Of a stretch of DNA of 64,000 nucleotides, positions 59,802-64,000 are shown piece after piece (position 1 is the stretch's first letter; each line of letters opens with the position of its first letter). The notes under the pieces are model-generated. The model was given only the letters and a program-made list of their open reading frames with translations, searched no databases and was not told the origin of the DNA. Both the position numbers and the translations under genes were made by a program. The stretch comes from an archaeon GW2011_AR5 (lineage in GTDB: Archaea > Aenigmatarchaeota > Aenigmatarchaeia > GW2011-AR5), in contig JWKQ01000001.1 of the NCBI GenBank assembly GCA_000806115.1, positions 25,784 to 89,783 on the forward strand, read 5' to 3'.

Positions 59802-60299
59802 ATGTTACACATTAATTCATTGCTTCAAGAGAAGGGGTTTTTAGGCAGGTTATTTGATATGACTCTTCCAGAAACATATTTTGCGACTGGGATTTCAGAT
59901 TTTTGGAGAGAGCGCAGAGAGTTAAAGCCAACAAGCTACATGAGAACATTTGGATACACACTTCCTTTTAGACCTGGAGGGAAACATCTTTTGGGAAGGA
60001 CCGTGATAACTTTTTTCAATGTGAAATATCTTGGAATTGATGATTCGGCTATTTGCTTATATGATGACGACATACAGAGACACATATACGCCCGCGTTCA
60101 TGATATAGAAGGTCACTGCAAGACGCGCGAAGAACAAGGAATTATGGATGAAGATACGGTCCAGCTCGCTTGCATTCTTTATGATCCCAGAGACGACTCT
60201 TCCCAACTGATAGCTATACGGAAGCATCTTGACATGCCAGCGCCGGATTTGAGCAGGGCTGATATCCATGACCTTATGCCTGCTCTCGGCTTCTCATAG
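59802..60299 (+). CDS. hypothetical protein
   Basis: The ATG at 59802 is 5 nt after the GGGPS stop. ~165 aa, AT-rich, no motif recognised. Confidence 0.45.
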   Translation: MLHINSLLQEKGFLGRLFDMTLPETYFATGISDFWRERRELKPTSYMRTFGYTLPFRPGGKHLLGRTVITFFNVKYLGIDDSAICLYDDDIQRHIYARVHDIEGHCKTREEQGIMDEDTVQLACILYDPRDDSSQLIAIRKHLDMPAPDLSRADIHDLMPALGFS

Positions 60300-60312
60300 A
60301 TGTTTTACTGGT

Positions 60313-61107
60313 TTAGATTATTGCAAAGAACATGTTGCCATAGAGCAGCGTAAGCACCAGAGCAATCGCGAAAACAGGCACGAAGCGCATCCCGTCCTTT
60401 ATCACAACGTAGCGCTTCTCGCGCCTTAGCTTCCTTACCTGACTTTCCGTCAGCCCGACCCAGTTGCCCTTCTCAAGCACGTCGCCAACCCGCAGTTTGC
60501 CCACGGGTATTTTTTTCTTGAACACGTGCTTTTCTACCACGACAGCATATCGCCAGAAAATCACGAGCAGGAAAACCAGCGGCACCAGCGTTAACGACAA
60601 CCCGATGAACTGCGGAAGAACGAAAGAGATGCCCAGGATGACGGCGAACACGGCGACAGGCGCGCCGGCTATTATCCTGATATTCGCTTTGAAATCGGCA
60701 GCGACATGGGCGAGCGCTTTCCTGTTGAGAAGCCCTATCACAACTGAGTATATCACCGTGTAAGCTATGCTCACCAGCATGAAATTGAACAGGTACGGCA
60801 CGATGAAGATGTTGCCGTTGTAAACTGGAATCATGTAGCCTATGGCTGCAAGAATCCACGCGTCCGCCCCGCCCCACTGTCCCTTGCTGTAGAGCAACAT
60901 GCCCGCGGCAAGCAGCACGGTGCCTATGCCGAGGGACAGCAGAAGCGGGCTCAGCTCCCCGGCAACAATCCAGTTGGCTACCCAGAATATTATGCCCGCG
61001 GCGACCATGCCAATGGGCAAAGGATCAGGAACCTCCGTGGTCTTCAGGTCCCAGAGCCCGGCAATTATTGAGCCGGCGACTGCAAGTATGATGATAATCT
61101 CAATCAT
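60313..61107 (-). CDS. A24-family prepilin/preflagellin peptidase with C-terminal extension
   Basis: Two catalytic Asp contexts, WDLKTTEVPD and WGGADAW. Polytopic. There is an extra C-terminal soluble segment plus a TM. Confidence 0.75.
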   Translation of the reverse strand: MIEIIIILAVAGSIIAGLWDLKTTEVPDPLPIGMVAAGIIFWVANWIVAGELSPLLLSLGIGTVLLAAGMLLYSKGQWGGADAWILAAIGYMIPVYNGNIFIVPYLFNFMLVSIAYTVIYSVVIGLLNRKALAHVAADFKANIRIIAGAPVAVFAVILGISFVLPQFIGLSLTLVPLVFLLVIFWRYAVVVEKHVFKKKIPVGKLRVGDVLEKGNWVGLTESQVRKLRREKRYVVIKDGMRFVPVFAIALVLTLLYGNMFFAII

Positions 61108-61238
61108 TTTACCAACAACATTTCAATTTTTGTCCTAACCGGTGCAAAGGCGAAAATAAGCGCATTTACAAAACTTTTTTAACTGCTAGTTTAAATTAGT
61201 TTATAACTATATGAGTCTACTCTTGAATAGTGATTAGA

Positions 61239-61946
61239 ATGCTACCACAACATGTCGGAATAATCCTCGACGGGAACAGGCGATTCGCCCGCGAACTGAT
61301 GAAGACGCCCTGGCTGGGGCACAAGATGGGGCTTGAAAAGGCAAGAACCGTGCTTGGCTGGGCGTGCGAACGCGGAATAAAATACGTGACAGCCTACGTG
61401 CTATCCCTCGAAAACTTCCAGACGCGCCCGAAGAAAGAGCTAAAGATGATACTCGAGTACTTCGGCGAGGAAATGGACAACATAGTCAATGATGCGAACC
61501 ATGTCATCAACCGCTTCGCAGTTCAGGTAAGGTTCATAGGAAGGACGCACATACTTCCCGACAAGCTCCAGGCGAAGATGAGGAAAGTGGAGCAGAAAAC
61601 CAAAGGAAACAAGAAGCACACCATAAACATAGCGATAGCCTATGGCGGGCAGCAGGAACTTGTCGACGCGATGAAGAAGATACTGCAGGAAGGGCTGGCG
61701 GGCGTGATAAAGCCGTCCGACCTTGACGAGACGCTCCTGAAGGAGCATCTTTACACGAACGGTCAGCCGTATCCGGACATGATACTCAGGACGGGCGGGG
61801 AGAAGCGCCTGAGCAACTTTTTGCCGTTCCAGGCGGCTTACAGCGAACTTATTTTCACGGACACCAAATGGCCCGCGCTGACGGAGAAGGAATTTGACTC
61901 CGCACTAAAGGAGTTCTCCAGCAGGCAGCGGAGATTTGGTCGATAA
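61239..61946 (+). CDS. uppS: cis-prenyltransferase (undecaprenyl/dolichyl diphosphate synthase)
   Basis: HVGIILDGNRRFA and RTGGEKRLSNFLPFQAAYSELIF match UPPS. Confidence 0.9.
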   Translation: MLPQHVGIILDGNRRFARELMKTPWLGHKMGLEKARTVLGWACERGIKYVTAYVLSLENFQTRPKKELKMILEYFGEEMDNIVNDANHVINRFAVQVRFIGRTHILPDKLQAKMRKVEQKTKGNKKHTINIAIAYGGQQELVDAMKKILQEGLAGVIKPSDLDETLLKEHLYTNGQPYPDMILRTGGEKRLSNFLPFQAAYSELIFTDTKWPALTEKEFDSALKEFSSRQRRFGR

Positions 61947-61995
61947 CTTTTATAACTGACCAATCTAACAAACTTTTACAAGCAGTGTTTTTCTT

Positions 61996-62364
61996 ATGAA
62001 TCTTCTGAACCAATTTACTATGAAAGCGAGAAACTTTTCAATATTCTTGGCTTTGGCGTACACCTCGGCGTTTTTTGTCGAAGAAATTACAAGAACGATT
62101 CTCAGTCAGGTTCATATATGGCAAATCGGGTTGTATGCTATTCCATTCTTTTTTGGGTGGTATGGGCTTCTTTTTGCAGTGACATATTTCTTATTTGTTA
62201 AAAAACCCGTCAAGTATTCTGTCGCCTTCGGCATAATTATCGGGATGCTTGCTGAAACATTCTTATTTCATCAGATGAATGCAATCTCGGTATTTATTTT
62301 TCCGGTGTTATACGGACTGACGTTTTATTTACCATTCAAAATTATTTCACGTCTTTCTAATTAG
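61996..62364 (+). CDS. membrane protein
   Basis: 122 aa with 3-4 hydrophobic helices. Confidence 0.45.
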   Translation: MNLLNQFTMKARNFSIFLALAYTSAFFVEEITRTILSQVHIWQIGLYAIPFFFGWYGLLFAVTYFLFVKKPVKYSVAFGIIIGMLAETFLFHQMNAISVFIFPVLYGLTFYLPFKIISRLSN

Positions 62365-62389
62365 AAGATGCTCTGTCATACACTTACTG

Positions 62390-62644
62390 TTATTTTCTCT
62401 TCAGGTTCCAGTTGTAGAACTTCGCGATGAGCCATCCTGTTATGTAGAAGCCTGCAACCGAGACGATTAGGAATCCCAGGGCGTGCACAGGATAGACATA
62501 AGAAAAGCCCGGATACATGTAGTCCATCATCGATGGCTGCATCATTCCTCCATGCCAGACGACTGCGACAAGCCAGAACACGAACCCGAACATCGCCATC
62601 GCTGCTGCCAGTGCTTTCTCGCTTAACTGCTGATATTTTGACAT
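62390..62644 (-). CDS. small Met-rich membrane protein
   Basis: 84 aa with two TM helices flanking GGMMQPSMMDYMYPG. Confidence 0.45.
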   Translation of the reverse strand: MSKYQQLSEKALAAAMAMFGFVFWLVAVVWHGGMMQPSMMDYMYPGFSYVYPVHALGFLIVSVAGFYITGWLIAKFYNWNLKRK

Positions 62645-62677
62645 GAATAGAATTGCACGGCTGTAATAAAATAGGTT

Positions 62678-63568
62678 TCAATAGCCCCTCTTCTTGTCCA
62701 CCACATTAATGAGCTTCTTCCCCTTCTTGAAAGCTTCCAGGTTTCTGCAGAAAATCTCCACCATCCTGTCCTCGTAGTGTGGAGTGCGCGATGCGCAGTG
62801 CGCCGTTATTATCACGTTCTTCATCTTCCATAGCAAGCTTGATTTTTTCAGCGGTTCGCTCTCGAACACGTCGAGGCACGCGCCTGCGATGCGCCCCTTT
62901 CTCAATGCAGCAACCAGCGCATGTTCGTCGACGACAGGGCCGCGCCCGACGTTGACAAGCACCGCCGATTTTTTCATCGCCGAGAATTCTTTCGCGCCCA
63001 TCAGGCGGCGCGTTTCGTCCGTGAGCGGAAGGCACGCGACAACGTAATCAGCCTGCGGAAGCATGCCGTGCAGCTTCCCCGGAAGGGCAGCGTTGTCCAC
63101 GTATTTGCTTTTTACAGGCTCGTTGTTTATTCCAATGACGCGGCATCCGAAAGCCTTGCAGAGCCTTGCGATTTCCAGACCAATGGCGCCCAAGCCGAGC
63201 ACAAACACCGTCTTCCCCGCGAGTTCGCCGCCTGTTATCCTGTTCCAATCCCGATTCTGTTGCGAAGCGAACGCGTCCCTTAGCTTCCTTTCAAAAGCCA
63301 GAACAAGCGCCATCGCGTGCTCGGGCACCGGCGTTTTCATCCCGCGCGAATTCGTGACGATGACGCCGCTTTTCTTGATGCCGTCTGTCAGAAGGACATC
63401 AACCCCGACGAAGGATGTATGTATCCATTTAAGATTCCTGTACTTCCCGACGTCGATCCTGTCCTCAACAAGCGCAACGTCCGCATCGTAGCCTTTCGTG
63501 ATGCTTGCAAGCCCGGCTATTTTTGCAATGTTCTCTTTTTTCAGCTTCTTCAGCAGAACTACTTTCAT
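62678..63568 (-). CDS. D-isomer-specific 2-hydroxyacid dehydrogenase
   Basis: NAD-binding GLGAIGLEIARLCKAFGCRVIG and the catalytic region VNVGRG..D...L.....GA.LDVF..EP...ITAH. Confidence 0.88.
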   Translation of the reverse strand: MKVVLLKKLKKENIAKIAGLASITKGYDADVALVEDRIDVGKYRNLKWIHTSFVGVDVLLTDGIKKSGVIVTNSRGMKTPVPEHAMALVLAFERKLRDAFASQQNRDWNRITGGELAGKTVFVLGLGAIGLEIARLCKAFGCRVIGINNEPVKSKYVDNAALPGKLHGMLPQADYVVACLPLTDETRRLMGAKEFSAMKKSAVLVNVGRGPVVDEHALVAALRKGRIAGACLDVFESEPLKKSSLLWKMKNVIITAHCASRTPHYEDRMVEIFCRNLEAFKKGKKLINVVDKKRGY

Positions 63569-63619
63569 AACTAATGGTTATCAGAGACAATTAATAAGCT
63601 TTCTGTGCCAAGTCTATCT

Positions 63620-64000
63620 ATGAGCTATATTGACACGGAAAAAACCTACAAGCGGGGGCCGCAGATAATAACCAGAAAGGACGCGGGCGCAATCGTGGCG
63701 AGAGTCGGGCTTCAGCCTAACTGGCGCTGCCTGGACCTCGGCGGCGGCTCCGGGTTTCTCGCGCTGTTCCTTGCAAACCTCACGCCTTCCGGTTCCGTAA
63801 CCACTTATGAAATAAAAAAAGAGCACGCAGAAATCATAAAAAAGAACATAGGGGCGAGCGGCTTCAGGAACGTAAAACTTGTGAACAAGCCGGCGGAGAA
63901 GTTCGCGGGCGGCGGCTTTGATTTGATAACAATGGACGTGAAAGGTGCGGAAAAAATAATACCGAGGGCTTACAAGGCATTGCGAAGCGGCGGGTTCATT
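63620..64000 (+). CDS. trmI: tRNA (adenine-N1)-methyltransferase TrmI/Gcd14-like, 3'-truncated by the window edge
   Basis: Hand translation gives MSYIDTEKTYKRGPQIITRKDAGAIVARVGLQPNWRCLDLGGGSGFLALFLA... It is open to the end of the window and absent from the track because it has no stop. Confidence 0.6.
   Translation, partial: MSYIDTEKTYKRGPQIITRKDAGAIVARVGLQPNWRCLDLGGGSGFLALFLANLTPSGSVTTYEIKKEHAEIIKKNIGASGFRNVKLVNKPAEKFAGGGFDLITMDVKGAEKIIPRAYKALRSGGFI

Noticed and set aside
1-64000. Mobile genetic element or prophage content (integrase, transposase, att sites)
   Set aside because: I recognised no integrase, transposase, capsid or terminase-like ORF. The only tRNA gene is not flanked by a direct repeat of its 3' end. 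The repeats present are short, non-coding elements.

Overview
This is an archaeal chromosomal segment that is densely coding on both strands. Most of it is information-processing genes. These include ribosomal protein genes (uS2, eS27, eL8/L7Ae, eS28, eL24, the uS13-uS4-uS11-RpoD-eL18-uL13-uS9-RpoN block, eL15, eS1/S3Ae), RNA polymerase subunits K, D and N, aIF2 alpha and beta, aIF5A plus deoxyhypusine synthase, Nop10, RNase P protein subunits Pop5 and Rpp30, TFB, one histone, RFC large subunit, DNA ligase, NreA, ArgRS and KsgA. There is one tRNA-Leu(UAA) with an insertion in the D-arm. The envelope and lipid set includes GGGP and DGGGP synthases, UPP synthase, a GlmS/GlmU-like UDP-GlcNAc block, an archaeosortase-like protein, type IV pilin-like proteins, a prepilin peptidase and a large sequon-rich surface protein. 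I found no rRNA, CRISPR array, integrase or transposase. Many genes appear leaderless, with a TATA box about 26 nt upstream of the ATG. The most unusual content is non-coding. (1) A roughly 55-nt two-hairpin element ends exactly at the ATG of five unrelated genes. (2) A related, oppositely oriented element sits directly on stop codons and has an exact 17-nt core, GGCTCACTGGCGTTCGC. (3) Modular hairpin arrays with compensatory base changes lie upstream of the S13 operon and at two other promoters. The best candidate for an undescribed protein system is the block 30762-37333. It holds two paralogous proteins of about 165 aa, a 4-TM protein, a 592-aa protein with no motif I recognise, a 568-aa interrupted TIM-barrel protein, a cyclase-family hydrolase and a small coiled-coil protein, and copies of the repeat element separate these genes. 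All functional calls rest on motif recognition by eye. No database search was run.
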